Assembly: GCA_002269645.1 (NCBI GenBank)
Contig: NIVC01001241.1
Coordinates: forward strand, 1 to 54,780
Direction of reading: 5' to 3'
Origin: Macrostomum lignano
Lineage: Eukaryota
DNA: 54,780 nt
Position numbers and translations under genes: made by a program. The notes under the pieces were generated by a model. That model was not told the origin of the DNA. It did no database searches and saw only the letters and a program-made list of their open reading frames with translations. Shown here piece after piece: positions 13,405-27,187 of the stretch. The first letter of the stretch is position 1. Each line of letters starts with the position of its first letter.

Positions 13405-15341
13405 ATGTCGCTGGCCAGCTTCGAAGTGCCAATGTTCGACGAGCATGCGGCGTTCCGAGCGGCCAAGTGGATCCAGTGGGTCGGCAGCCCCATCCTGCTG
13501 CTGATTGGCTCGGTGGCAAACTCCCTGTCCGCCTGGATTCTGACCCGCCGGATTGACAAAAATGGCACCCACAATTACCTGCTGGCGCTCAGTGCGGCTG
13601 ATCAGGTGATGTGATTGGCTGCTCTTGGGGCTCACTGCACTCACCACCTCACTGCAACAACCACCCCACTACACCCGCTAACTATGCTGGTAACCGCACT
13701 CACCACCTCACCAACTCACTGCACCCACCACCTCACTGCACCAACCACCCCACTACACCCGCTAACTATGCTGGTAACCGCACTCACCACCTCACCAACT
13801 CACTGCACCCACCACCTCACTGCACCAACCACCTCACTGCACCAACCACCCCACTACACCTGCTAACTATGCTGGTAACCGCACTCACCGCCTCACCAAC
13901 TCACTGCACCCACCACTCCACTACAACCGCTAACTATGCTGGTAATCGCACTCACCGCCTCACCAACTCACTGCACCCACCACCTCACTGCACCAACCAC
14001 CTCACTGCACCAACCACCCCACTACACCCGCGCTAACTATGCTGGTAACCGCACTCACCACCTCACCAACTCACTGCACCCACCACCTCACTGCACCAAC
14101 CACCTCACTGCACCAACCACCCCATTACAACCGCTAACTATGCTGGTAACCGCACTCACCGCCTCACCAACTCACTGCACCCACCGCTCCACTACAACCG
14201 CTAACTATGCTGGTAATCGCACTCACCGCCTCACCAACTCACTGCACCCACCACCTCACTGCACCTACCACCTCACTGCACCCACCACCTTACTGCATCC
14301 ACCACCTCACTGCACCCACCACCTCACTGCACCCACCACCTCACTGCACCCACCACCTCACTGCTCCAACCACCTCACTGCACCAACCACCTCACTGCAC
14401 CCACCACCTCACTGCATCCAGCCGCTCCAATTTCATCAGCCGATTTCATTGCACAACCTACTTTGGCTTTTTACCCTCCGGTTCCGCAGGTGACTCTGAT
14501 TAGCGGTCTGCTCAAGTCGTGGATCTCTGCTTTAATTGGTGACGACTGCGCTAAGCTTAGCATCGTGATCTGCATCGGCGGCAACTTCCTATCGACGTCA
14601 TCAACCTACCTGAGCGTCTATTTGATTGCCGCGGTTACCATCGAGCGGCTCTTCGTGCTGTACTCCCGGATGCCGGTGCTCAACACGGCGGTGGCTCGCG
14701 CCCGCCGGATCATCCTCGGCCTCTTCATCGGGTGCTTGATCATCAACATCCACTGGTTCTTCGTGCTGGACATCTACTCGTTCCTGTGGCACCCGGACTC
14801 TAATCGGACTCACACCATCTGCTACCTGCGTCCGAGCCTGCTGGTTCATCTCAAGCAGCCCCTGGCCTGGCTGGACTTCCTGCTCTACTCTCTGATCCCC
14901 ATCCTGCTCATCGTGGTTTGCAACGTCGTCATCATTTACCGGATCTGCAGCTCGCGCCGCAGGTACAATCGCGAGATGCAGGCGGCTACGGAGCTCCAGG
15001 ACATGCAGTCCAGGGTCCGTCGCCTCGTGCGCAACAACAGCTTCAACAGGAGCGTCAACCAGGTCACCGTCATGCTGCTGCTGGTCTCGTGCTTCTTCAT
15101 CGTCACCAGCCTGCCCATCACGGTGCTCAAAGTGCTCAGCTCGCTGTCCTCCGTGATCGACTCCACCGCCAACAACAACCGGGAATTCTACTCGCGCTAC
15201 CAGCTGATCCAGGCCTGTGCCGAGCTGCTGATGTACCTCAACCACTCCAGCAATTTCTTCTTTTACTGTCTGGCCGCCAAGAAATTCCGCAACGATTTGT
15301 ACAGCCGGCTTCGGAGCCTGCGGCACCACTGCCGACAGTGA
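13405..15341 (+). CDS. Class A (rhodopsin-like) 7TM GPCR, invertebrate peptide/FMRFamide-receptor-like; 2 coding exons, ~350 aa
   Basis: Exons are 13405-13605 and 14490-15341 (GT-AG, phase 0). TM1-2 IGSVANSLS...YLLALSAAD; TM3 AVTIERL; TM5 YSLIPILLIVVCNVVII; TM6 VTVMLLLVSCFFIVTSLP; TM7 LMYLNHSSNFFFYCLAAKKFR. The start codon is uncertain (13405 or 13432). Confidence 0.92.
13630..14420. repeat. Composite C/A-rich minisatellite in the GPCR intron (~84-bp units built from ~17-bp CCACCACCTCACTGCAC subunits)
   Basis: GCTAACTATGCTGGTAACCGCACTCACC recurs, interspersed with CCACCACCTCACTGCAC. Confidence 0.9.
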
Positions 15342-15449
15342 CTGCGGACTCGGGGTCCGGCTTGGGGGAGCCTCGGACCCAGAGTAAAACTCGACAGCGA
15401 CTCGATTGACATCTTATGCTTCTCAGATGACCCAGACCCCTGATAACCT

Positions 15450-15710
15450 CGCATGGCCGAAAACTTGAATGACAGAGCAGATCAGTGTCCGACTCTCGCA
15501 CTGCGATCCCGGGTTCGATTCCGTGCGCTGCCACATTCATTTGGGGCTGGTGTGCGATTCACAGCCAGGGCCGCTCGAAAGTCGAAGTTCGAAAGTCAGG
15601 GCCAATGTACACCCTGAGTGCGTGCCTGCGTACAGTCTTGGCGCGCCTGCATGTGCTCAGGGGTCAGCGGAATCAACTATTACGATTATATTAACCTTAA
15701 AAGACTCCCA
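15450..15710 (+). mobile_element. tRNA-derived SINE-like repeat, copy 1
   Basis: B-box GGGTTCGATTCC at ~15511. It shares CACATTCATTTGGGGCTG, TGAGTGCGTGCCTGC and GCTCAGGGGTCAGCGGAATC with the inverted copy at 32770-33091. Ends are approximate. Confidence 0.5.
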
Positions 15711-16011
15711 ACAAAGATACATGCAAGAGCCACGTCGAGTCGCACGGCTCCCAGCCGGTGTAGGAGGGCCCACGCTCGGCGTTTCGTCGACTGCCTGCTG
15801 TTTGACGCCGGCGCCACAGAGCCGGCTGGTAGGGCAGACTTAACCCTGCTATGCACTCTGTGACACTGCTCTTGTTTTTGTTGAGTAGGTAGTACCTTTT
15901 TACTTTTTATCTAAGACACAAACTGACCTTTTGACCCCAACTGACCCCGGTACAGGAAATGAGGTGACTGAATTTTGACCCTTTGATCCGGACGAACTTG
16001 TAGGCCGTTAG

Positions 16012-16715
<704 letters not shown>

Positions 16716-16897
16716 ATACTTTTGGGCTGCATAGAAAACTCCGCTGGCATTTGAAGCAGACAGCTGCTTTTACAAGCCAGGCAACAAGCAGAGTTTCATC
16801 TCTCCCGGGATTTCCGGGTGATCAATTTGCCATGTCGGCTTAATTCTCCAACACGAGTTTCCCCAAAGCTGCTCTGGAGGGCGATCTCCTGACTTCT

Positions 16898-17088
16898 CTC
16901 ACCCAGTCCATACATCCCCTAACCGCCAGCCCCCACCCTCACCCAGTCCATACAACCCCTTACCGCCAGCCCCCACCCTCACCCAGTCCATACATCCCCT
17001 TACCGCCAGCCCCCACCCTCACCCAGTCCATACATCCCCTTACCGCCAGCCCCCACCCTCACCCAGTCCATACAACCCCTTACCGCCA
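16898..17088. repeat. 40-bp minisatellite, ~4.8 copies
   Basis: CTCACCCAGTCCATACATCCCCTTACCGCCAGCCCCCACC at 16898, 16938, 16978, 17018 and 17058. Confidence 0.95.
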
Positions 17089-17849
17089 GAACCCACCCCA
17101 GAATATCCTTTATCGAGTGCACAAACCTCAAACAGCAAGCCCAAACAAACACTGTGCAAACCATCTCATTAATTGTATTTCAATGAAGTATAAAGCGCTT
17201 AAATCAATTCGTTTTAATTTTCTTGTATTGGCATATTTAAAAAGCTCTCCGGGGCTGACATAGCACACTTGAAAATAAAATAATATAATGTGTATATTTG
17301 GTGAAAAAGATTGCTTTAGCCAAACAGAACGCTCGGGCCTTCTGCTGAGCAAGTCAATTATGAAATTGCTTGTTCAAAGACAACATTTACAAAAAATTGA
17401 CAAATTTTTAGTTGGAAAAGCTATTCCATTTAGTTATTATTATAAATAAGAAAATAAAATTACACACGAATCATGACAAAATACTGGGCGAAGAAGTCAG
17501 TGGCTGAGAATATTGAAATAGCAACAAAGTAACAAACTGTTTATGATTGAAACACTAAAAACATTGTTTTGTTTCAACACGTAAAACTAAACAAACTGAG
17601 AAGATTACAGCAAAAGATATAACTTGAAGCACGTTTACAAAACAAGTTGACACCATGTTTAGCTGTTTAGTAGCTTTGTTTCGAACCTGATTATCGCAAT
17701 TCAACATGCACAATTGAGCGGATCGGAGACTGGAGTGAGGATGGGCTGCTTTTGGTACATTAAGACAATTAACACAGGAAAATATGTCAGAGAGTGAAGA
17801 AGTGAGCGAGTGCTAAGTACACTAACCAATGCAACCCTGGCTCTCTGTT

Positions 17850-18282
17850 CTCTCTCCCTCTCTGTCCAGTTCAGTCTTGTTATTTTTATCTCTCTCCCTC
17901 TCTGTCCAGTTCAGTCTTGTTATTTTTATTTCTCTCCCTCTCTGTCCAGTTCAGTCTTGTTATTTTTATCTCTCTCCCTCTCTGTCCAGTTCAGTCTTGT
18001 TATTTTTATCTCTCTCCCTCTCTGTCCAGTTCAGTCTTGTTATTTTTATCTCTCTCCCTCTCTGTCCAGTTCAGTCTTGTTATTCTTATCTCTCTCCCTC
18101 TCTGTCCAGTTCAGTCTTGTTATTTTTATTTCTCTCCCTCTCTGTCCAGTTCAGTCTTGTTATTTTTATCTCTCTCCCTCTCTGTCCAGTTCAGTCTTGT
18201 TATTTTTATCTCTCTCCCTCTCTGTCCAGTTCAGTCTTGTTATTCTTATCTCTCTCCCTCTCTGTCCAGTTCAGTCTTGTTA
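17850..18282. repeat. 40-bp pyrimidine-rich minisatellite, ~11 copies
   Basis: TCTCTCCCTCTCTGTCCAGTTCAGTCTTGTTATTTTTATC with period 40. Confidence 0.95.
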
Positions 18283-18584
18283 TTGTTATTGTTATTGTTA
18301 TTGCAGAGAAGCACACTGAGGGTGTTTACAGTTCTGGCTTTGACACGAATGCAGATTGGCTAAATGAATGAATCATATTGAACGAAAATCGTACCCTTGC
18401 TCTGAAAATCCTATGATTTAAAATATAAACGTCAGATTCTTCACTCATGCTTTAGGCGCGTCAAAATACAAAACTTATGTGACTGGTGGGTGTTAACACT
18501 GTTGACTCAAATTGAGACAGTCGTACGGACCGATAGTAAGAACAGACGGGACAGTCACACTGGGCATACAGACGGGCATACAGA

Positions 18585-18700
18585 CAGGCTTTGAGGACAC
18601 GCAGACACATGCTTTGAGGATGCAAAGACACAGGCTTTGAGGACACGCAGAAACAGGCTCTGAGGACACGCAGACACATGCTTTGAGGACACAAAGACAG
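18585..18700. repeat. Short ~20-bp-subunit tandem repeat just 3' of the ZDHHC stop codon
   Basis: GCTTTGAGGACAC and GCAGACACAT recur. Confidence 0.7.
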
Positions 18701-18711
18701 GTTCAAAGCCC

Positions 18712-21700
18712 TCACGCCAGTCTCGAGCTGCTGCCAGACAGATCTCCCAGCTCCAGCAGCGGGATGCCCAGCGCCAGGCGCATCTCCGCACGCCTCTCTG
18801 CGGGAAAGTTGCTTGTGGAAGAGCCCGGTCCAAAGGAGACGGACTGCAGGCTGCTGGCCGTGCTGTTGCTGCTGAGCCACGAGGCGTCCAGCGCACCCGT
18901 GGATCTTGCCAACGGAATGTCGGCGAAGTTGGTCGGCTCGGCCGCTCCGCTGTCATCGACAGCTGGCTGGTCGGCTGAGCTGCTTGGATTGACACCGCTG
19001 GGGTGACCGGAGTTGTTGCCGTTGTGGCTGACGAAAGCACCATTGACTGCCCCGCTGGGTTGGGAGACCAGCTCTGCAATTTGTATTAGAAATTTGCATT
19101 GCGAATTAGTTGTTGTGACAGTTCACTCGACCGACCGAACCAAACTGGTTAGTAGCAGGCAAGCTTTGTGATTTAACTGAATGAATGAAACATCATGCTG
19201 CCCTGCAGATTTTAGTGCCTTCTCTAGCCTACAGCTCTTTGATGTCGCCGCTACAATAAACCTACAGCTCTTTGATGTCGCCGCTACAATAAACCTACAA
19301 CTCTTTGATGTCGCCGCTACAATAAGCCTACAACTATTTGATGTCGCCGCTACAATAAGCCTACAACTCTGTCGCCGCTATAATAAACCTACAACTCTGT
19401 GATGTCGCCGCTAGAATAAACCTACAGCTCTTTGATGTCGCCGCTAGAATAAACCTACAGCTCTTTGATGTCGCCGCTACAATAAGCCTACAACTCTTTG
19501 ATGTCACCGCTACATCAAACCTACAACTCTTTGATGTCGCCGCTACAATAAGCCTACAACTCTTTGATGTCGCCGCTACATCAAACCTACAACTCTTTGA
19601 TGTCGCCGCTACAATAAGCCTACAGTCTCTTGATGTCGCCAGAACAATAAACCTACAACTCTTTGATGTCGCCGCTACAATAAACCTACAGCTCTTTGAT
19701 GTCGCCGCTACAATAAACCTACATCTCTTTGATGTCGCCGCTAGAATAAACCTACAGCTCTTTGATGTCGCCGCTAGAATAAACCTACAGCTCTTTGATG
19801 TCGCCGCTACAATAAGCCTACAACTCTTTGATGTCACCGCTACATCAAACCTACAACTCTTTGATGTCGCCGCTACAATAAGCCTACAACTCTTTGATGT
19901 CGCCGCTACATCAAACCTACAACTCTTTGATGTCGCCGCTACAATAAGCCTACAGTCTCTTGATGTCGCCAGAACAATAAACCTACAACTCTTTGATGTC
20001 GCCGCTACAATAAACCTACAGCTCTTTGATGTCGCCGCTACAATAAACCTACATCTCTTTGATGTAGCCACTACCTATAAAAGAGACCTCCAGCCCAGCA
20101 GATGCAGCTGGAGTCTCATAAATTGATATCATTAGCGAGGCTGCTGAAATTTAGAAAGCAAGTATTTGACAATTAGGCAGTTAGGCTTTTAGTCTTTAAT
20201 TAAGCTCAAGCTCAAAATGAATCAACTTGTAACTTGAAAATTTGGCATGCTTTGTCTGCTTGTATAGAACTGAAGCCATCAGGTGGCTTTAAAATTGCAA
20301 AATGGTTGCAATTAACGCTAGTGAACAGCTAAGTTTAGCTTCTCGTCCGGTAAACGAAGTAGCAGAAAAAACTGCTTGAAAGCAGAGCAAGCAAAAGCAA
20401 TCAGAAAATTTCTGCTTTTTGATGATTAAATCCGCGATGTTCAGGCAGATTAACTACTCCAGTTTTACCTGTGACAGGTCGGTCTAAAGCATTAAGGTGA
20501 GCTTTGGCTAATCCGCGAGTACTGCCCACTTCAGCAGGTGCCACGGCTGACAAAGATAAAACAGAACATTTCTATAAATACCTCTCCGATTAATGAGTTT
20601 CTAAGGCGAATTTATAAAACACCCTGCTTCATATCCAAAACTGAAAGTTCAACTGATTTCTGGCTTCCAAAAAACAGTAGATAAAGTTTGTGCATTACTC
20701 GTACTTGCTAGATTGATGGGTTAATAGATTGATGGGTTGATGGGTTGATAGATTGATGGGTTGATGGGTTGATAGATTGATGGGTTGATGGGTTGATAGA
20801 TTGATGGGTTGATGGGTTGATAGATTGATGGGTTGATGGGTTGATAGATTGATGGGTTGATACATGTAGATTTATGGGTTGATTGATTGATCGGTTGATA
20901 GGTTGATGGGTTGATTGATTGATGGGTTGATAGGTTGGTGGGTTGATAGATTGATGGGTTGATAGATTGATAGATTGATAGGTTGATGGGTTGATAGATT
21001 GATGGGTTGATAGGTTGATGGGTTGATGGGTTGATAGGTTGGTGGGTTGATAGATTGATGGGTTGATAGGTTGATGGGTTGATGGGTTGATGGGTTGATA
21101 GATTGATGGGTTGATAGATTGATGGGTTGATAGATTGATGGGTTGATAGGTTGATGGGTTGATGGGTTGATGGGTTGATAGATTGATGGGTTGATAGATT
21201 GATGGGTTGATAGGTTGATGGGTTGATGGGTTGATGGGTTGATAGATTGATGGGTTGATAGATTGATGGGTTGATAGGTTGATGGGTTGATGGGTTGATG
21301 GGTTGATAGATTGATGGGTTGATAGATTGATGGGTTGATAGGTTGATGGGTTGATGGGTTGATGGGTTGATAGATTGATGGGTTGATAGATTGATGGGTT
21401 GATAGATTGATAGATTGATAGGTTGATGGGTTGATAGATTGATAGGTTGATGGCTTGATAGATTGATAGATTAATGGGTTGATGAATTGATAGGTTGATA
21501 AGTTTATCAAGCCTTTGACTTTCAGTTCCACAGATTGGCAAAAAAACTTCATGGAGAAAAATTTTTATTCCAAAATTTTGAATGCACTTTACTACATGTA
21601 AATAGTTCTCAGCCTATGATAACATGTGGCTGGATTATTATATGACCAAGCTCAATTTGATGCCAACTTAGAAAAATCCTTTTCGACACACTATTAGCAG

Positions 21701-24700
21701 TGTTCCGGCTTCAGTAGATTTTTTAACTCAAGTTGATAATCTAAAATCGCCTTTAGGTTGTACGACGTAGAACTACTCCTAAACTCGGGTCTAGACATTC
21801 TTTCAATCTTACCAAACTACTCCTAAAATAAACTAGACTACTCCTAAAATGGACTAGACTACTCCTAAAATGGACTAGACTACTCCTAAAATAGACTAGA
21901 CTACTCCTAAAATCGTCCAAACTACATGTATTCATAAAAACTGAAACCACCCTAGCCAGCCTCCAAGCCTCACCTTCGCCATCCGGGATCGTGGCCAGAT
22001 CGCCGGCCGGAGCCGACACCAGCGGCGGCAGCTGCGGCAGCGGTCGCTGTTTTTTTCGCCGACGCCGTTTCGCCGGCTTCCTCTCGTCAGCCGCGGCGGC
22101 ATCTTCACCGCCGTCGACAGAGTCCTTGGCGGCCGAGGCGGCGGACTCGTCCTCCAGCGGGCGATAGGGAGTCGAGGCAAGCGGCAGCAGAGAGATCGGC
22201 GCCTGCGCGCAAATGTTTTTTTCAGGAACAGCTGCTACTTCAGCTACTTATAGTAGAAAGTATTGGAAAATAAGCGGAAAGTAAAGTTTGGGGCAAAAAC
22301 TATGCGGCACATTGAAAACTGCAAATTTGATGGCGCTGGCAAGAGAGAGAGCGAATATTTTGAGTGCAGCGCTGGCGCGGAACAGACTCCTGACCTGACC
22401 CTGATGTAACCATCAAACGTTTAAAACTCTCACCTTCGGTTTTGCATCCGCAGCAGGGCTGTACTTCACATCCGGCGTCGTGGTCATCTCGTGATAGCCG
22501 CCCTGAATCACTGCTAGACAGCTCTGCTGCTGCTGCTCCTGCTGCTGCTTGCCCGGTGATTGCTCGTCCTCCCAGTGCACCGTGTGGGGCGTCGGGGCTA
22601 CCGAGTTCTTGCGCTAAAGTTGGAGGCGTATTATTATTGAACTTTATGAGTGAATCTGGCTCTGCAGTGAATCCCGTTTTCTTAGTTATCTTAACCTCAC
22701 AGTTCTCACTCAACTACCCACCCCACCCAGGCACCCACCCCACTCCTCAGCCAGTCACCCACCCCACTCCTCACCCAGTCAACCACCCCACTCCTCACCC
22801 AGTCACCCACCCCACTCCTCACCCAGTCAACCACCCCACTCCTCACCCAGTCAACCACCCCACTCCTCACCCAGTCACAAACCCCACTCCTCACCCAGTC
22901 AACCACCTCACTCTTCAGTCACCCACCCCACTCCTCAGCCAGTCACCCACCCCACTCCTCAGCCAGCCACCCACCCCACTCCTCAGCCAGTCACCCACCC
23001 CACTCCTCACCCAGTCACCCACCCACTCCTCACCCAGTCACCCACCCCACTCCTCACCCAGTCAACCACCCCACTCCTCACCCAGTCACCCACCCCACTC
23101 CTCACCCAGTCAACCACCTCACTCTTCAGTCACCCACCCCACTCCTCAGCCAGTCACCCACCCCACTCCTCAGCCAGCCACCCACCCCACTCCTCAGCCA
23201 GTCACCCACCCCACTCCTCACCCAGTCACCCACTCCTCCTACTGAAAATCCAATCATAAAGTACATCAGAAACCTTCTTTCTCAAGGCGGACTTCTCAAT
23301 CTTGGGCAGGCGACCGGCCGGGGTGCTGGGAGTCGGCGAGTTCAGGATCTGGCTGGAGTAGTTTGACCCCGGAGGAGAAGGCATCAGACTTTCCTGGTGA
23401 GTCTGCGCTGGCTGCTGCCGCTGCAACGACGTGGAGCTCGGTGGGTCGGCCGACAGGCCGCCATTCGATTGTCGGCAGTCGCTCTCGGCGGCGCCATCGG
23501 GAACGCCGGCGTCGTGGTCGCTGCACTCCTCTTTGGTGCCCATGATGTAGTCGTAGGTGGACATGCCGCGCTTGTCTGGCGGTTGAACAGGGGTGATCAG
23601 GGTGCCGATTGACTAGCTACACATTTGATTGGTTCGAATTCTTGTTAAGAGATTGTTTAAAAAGTTATTTACCACCCTAATGATGGGCGTCGATCATGAA
23701 GTGATAGCAGCAATTAAGAGTGACAGGCAGCTGTCGGAAGTGACAGGTAATGGTCAGGAGGGACAGATAAACATGGAGAGTGACAGATAATAACCAGGAG
23801 TGACAGATGAGCAACTTGAGTGACATATAAGGATCGTGAGTGACAGATAAGGATAAGGAATGACAGATAAGGATACGGAGTGACAGATAAGGATCTTGAG
23901 TGACAGATAAGGATCGTGAGTGACAGATAAGGATCGTGAGTGACAGATAAGGATCGTGAGTGACTGATAAAGCTCTTGAGTGACAGATAAGGATCTTGAG
24001 TGACAGATAAGGATTGTGAGTGACGGATAAGGATCGTGAGTGACAGATAAGGATCGTGAGTGACTGATAAAGCTCTTGAGTGACAGATAAGGATCGTGAG
24101 TGACAGATAAGGATCTTGAGTGACAGATAAGGATCGTGAGTGACAGATAAGGATCGTGAGTGACAGATAAGGATCGTGAGTGACAGATAAGGATCGTGAG
24201 TGACAGATAAGGATCGTGAGTGACAGATAAGGATCGTGAGTGACAGATAAGGATCAGTGAAGATAGAGCTTATCCACAAGGGACTGATGCGAGCTAGCAG
24301 TCGATCCGCTCTTGTGAACATGAATCTCAAGCAAACAAAAAACAGTTAATCCTTGCTTTTATAACGATGTGTGACGAGAAGCAGTCTTGATGGTGTGCTG
24401 GAAAACTAATCAAGCCGATAGCATCTCCGCTACCCTCCCCTCTGAGCTTCTCTAAAGAAGGAGATGCGTGAATTCCACTTTTTTTGCTGACTGACTGCAA
24501 CAAAGCCATAATAATTATCGGGGAGGCTTCAAGGAGTTGAGGAACAACCTCGCCCAGAAATGAAGTGCTAAGCTATGAACAGTGGGATAAACTAAAAAAC
24601 TAATTGAGATTCCATTCCTTCATATTGATCGGAGAGTGACAGCTAATTATCCGGAGTGACAGTTAGTGAGCTGGAGTGACAGTTAATGATCTGGAGTGAC

Positions 24701-27187
24701 AGTTAGTCATCTGGAGTGACAGTGAATGATTCGGAGTGACAGTTAGTGAGCTGAAGTGACAGTTGTTAATCTAAAGTGACAGTTAATGACCTGGAGTGAC
24801 AGTTAGTCATCTGGAGTGACAGTTAATGATCTAGAGTGACAGTTAGTCATCTGGAGTGACAGTTAATGATCTAGAGTGACAGTTAGTCATCTGGAGTGAC
24901 AGTTAATGATCTAGAGTGACAGTTAGTCAGCTGGAGTGACAGTTAATGATCTGGAGTGACAGTTAGTCATCCGGAGTGGCAACTAATTATCAAGAGTACA
25001 TCTGGCATTCAACAAGGGGTGCCATGCACTTAGCGATAAGAAGTGACAGTTCAGACCCAGCCGCACTCACACAGGTACAGGTGAAAGTCGAGCAGCTGGC
25101 ACAGCAGCACAATGCCCACTAGCGCCAGCACACAGCTGAACAGGAGTACCAGCACGAATGCCAAGTCGCTGCAGCTGATGAACAGCACATGGAAGAGGCC
25201 GGTGCCGTGCAAGTTGCCAGCCGTGAGGATTGTTAATGTGTCGTTGGCCCAGCGTGACGAGCTGCTCCAGTAGGCTGGGTGAGGGTGCAAAGTGGTGGGC
25301 GGGTTCTCTGCAGCATGTCTGCATTGCTCAAATTATTGCACAAGCTTGTTTGCATGCCTTTTTGGTGAACTTTTTTGCGCAGTTCATTTTTTTGCGAATG
25401 TTAAGAAAAAAATCTCAAACATGTATAATGCTAATCAGCTGCACTGTGAGAACTGCAGACATTGGTTCGTGCGACAGACCGAAGAGTGGCTATAAGAGAT
25501 AAAGGGAGAGATGGGTGAGATTGAGGGAGAGATGGGTGAGATTGAGGGAGAGATGGGTGAGATTGAGGGAGAGATGGGTGAGATCGAGGGAGAGATGGGT
25601 GAGATTGAGGGAGAGACGGGTGAGATTGAGGGAGAGATGGGTGAGATTGAGGGAGAGATGGGTGAGATTGAGGGAGAGATAGGTGAGATAGAGAGACGGA
25701 TGGGTGAGATTGAGGGACAGATAGTGAGATTGTGGGAAAGATGAATGAGATTGAGAGACGGATGGGTAAGATTGAGATAGAGATGGGTGAGATGGAGGGA
25801 GAGATAGGTAAGATGGAGGAACAAATGAGATTGAGGGACAGGTGGGTGAGACAGGGAGAGATGCAGCCCTGAGATGCAGCCGCAGACCCCACCTTCATAG
25901 GGCTTCAGCACCCGTCCAGTTTTGCTGTCCAAGAAGTAGGCGATCACGGCGGCAATGGCGAGGCAGAGTATAATTATGAGGCCGACAGTCGCACTAATTA
26001 GAGTGGCGATAAACAGTCTGCAATAATTCGTATGCGAAACCATGAATCACTGATAAGACGAGTGGGGCTCACTGCATAGCCAAAGATAACAACTTTGTAC
26101 CTGTAATTTCGACTGCCAACACAGTTATTCAGCCATTTGCAGTGGTGATCGAAGTCTTGAATGCACTTGTTGCAGCTGCTGCAGTGCTTGGTCTCGTTGT
26201 TGGAACTGAAATATTGAATTCATAACCATATTTTAGACTGTTCTATTGCTAGTTATGGCATATATAAGTTGTGGAATGCATGTAGAGTGGGAGGAAGAGA
26301 TACAGTACAGGGTGTGAGATAAAGGGTGAGAAAGAGGTAAAGTTAAATAAGATTGGGGGGAGATGGTTGAAATTGAGGGAGAGGTGGTGGGACAAAGGGA
26401 AATATGGGTGAGACATAAGGAGAGATGGATGAGGCAGAGGGAGATATAGGTGTGAAAAAAGAACTAATAAAGCCAAAACTTACATTTTAATTTCGCAAAG
26501 ATTGCAAAAATAGTTTTCTATCACGTGCTTGTGAATTGCTTTGTCGAGTTTGGGTACAGGTTTTATGCCTTCCTGTTTTTGCTTGAGTCGCAGATTGATG
26601 TCTGCTGGATCCAGTACAGTTGACAGCAGGTGGGCGGCCAGGTGCGCCACCACTGCCATGGACACAATCTGGTTTTGCCGCGGTTTTAATGCAGTTAAGG
26701 AAATTTATGCAGTTGATTAAATAACTTCAAAACTTTTTCCTGTATTATGCTGTAAAACTGTAATAGTTAATTAGCTATGATGTTAAAACTTTAGAATGGG
26801 ATAAAATAAAACAGAAATGAAGTATAAGTTATAATATAGATTTATAAAACTTAGATAAAGAAATTTGTTTGTACCTTTAATATATAAACGCTATATATAT
26901 ATATATATATCTGGTTAAATTCTGGCCTTTACTTTCTGTTAGTGTTACCCAACCTGAATGCTTGATTAAGAAATTAAGAGATGATTTTTACTTGAAATCA
27001 AATTCAAATTTTGCCATAAAAAGGATACGATTCCGAAGCTTATCTGTAACGGTAAAATAAGCTGAGGTATTATAGTCGCGTAGAATATTAATAAAAAGTA
27101 AAGTACGACTGTCCATGCGACGAGTTGAAATACGTGGGGAGGACATGATAAACCATTTTGTCGTCGATATTCTCGGTACTCTGACAT
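18712..27187 (-). CDS. DHHC palmitoyltransferase, ZDHHC1/ZDHHC11-like; 8 exons, ~567 aa
   Basis: Exons (minus strand): 27187-27029, 26668-26484, 26205-26101, 26017-25893, 25307-25071, 23575-23274, 22202-21974, 19073-18712. All are GT-AG and phase-consistent. Motifs: [18 protein letters not shown]; DPADINLR...[11 protein letters not shown]; [30 protein letters not shown]; [16 protein letters not shown]. The last two exons are low-complexity and less certain. Confidence 0.93.
19228..20068. repeat. 33-bp minisatellite (~25 copies) in ZDHHC intron 7, with a duplicated 10-monomer block
   Basis: CCTACAGCTCTTTGATGTCGCCGCTACAATAAA; the order of variants repeats every 330 bp. Confidence 0.95.
20711..21500. 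repeat. 8-bp-unit composite microsatellite (GATGGGTT/GATAGATT/GATAGGTT)
   Basis: Direct reading. Confidence 0.95.
21813..21912. repeat. 21-bp tandem repeat, ~5 copies
   Basis: ACTAGACTACTCCTAAAATGG units. Confidence 0.85.
22728..23238. repeat. 24-bp minisatellite in ZDHHC intron 6
   Basis: CACCCACCCCACTCCTCACCCAGT units, ~21 copies. Confidence 0.93.
23735..24256. repeat. 20-bp minisatellite in ZDHHC intron 5
   Basis: GTGAGTGACAGATAAGGATC units, degenerate toward the left. Confidence 0.93.
24633..24990. repeat. Second 20-bp minisatellite in ZDHHC intron 5
   Basis: GGAGTGACAGTTAATGATCT and GGAGTGACAGTTAGTCATCT units alternate. Confidence 0.9.
25503..25860. repeat. 21-bp minisatellite in ZDHHC intron 4
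   Basis: GAGAGATGGGTGAGATTGAGG units. Confidence 0.93.

Noticed and set aside
13611-14503. His/Pro/Thr-rich ORFs
   Set aside because: They lie within the GPCR intron minisatellite.
14601-15409. Antisense and alternate-frame ORFs over the GPCR exon
   Set aside because: Shadow ORFs of GC-rich coding sequence.
15500-15530. tRNA gene
   Set aside because: A B-box is present but I could not fold a cloverleaf; the downstream body is shared with a dispersed repeat, which fits a SINE better.
15618-15863. Possible exon RRAHARRFVDCLLFDAG
   Set aside because: It overlaps the SINE-like copy, and no splice partners were found.
19181-25898. Repeat-derived ORFs in the ZDHHC introns, including 22442-23245
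   Set aside because: They are explained by tandem arrays, have no domain motifs and lack splice support.
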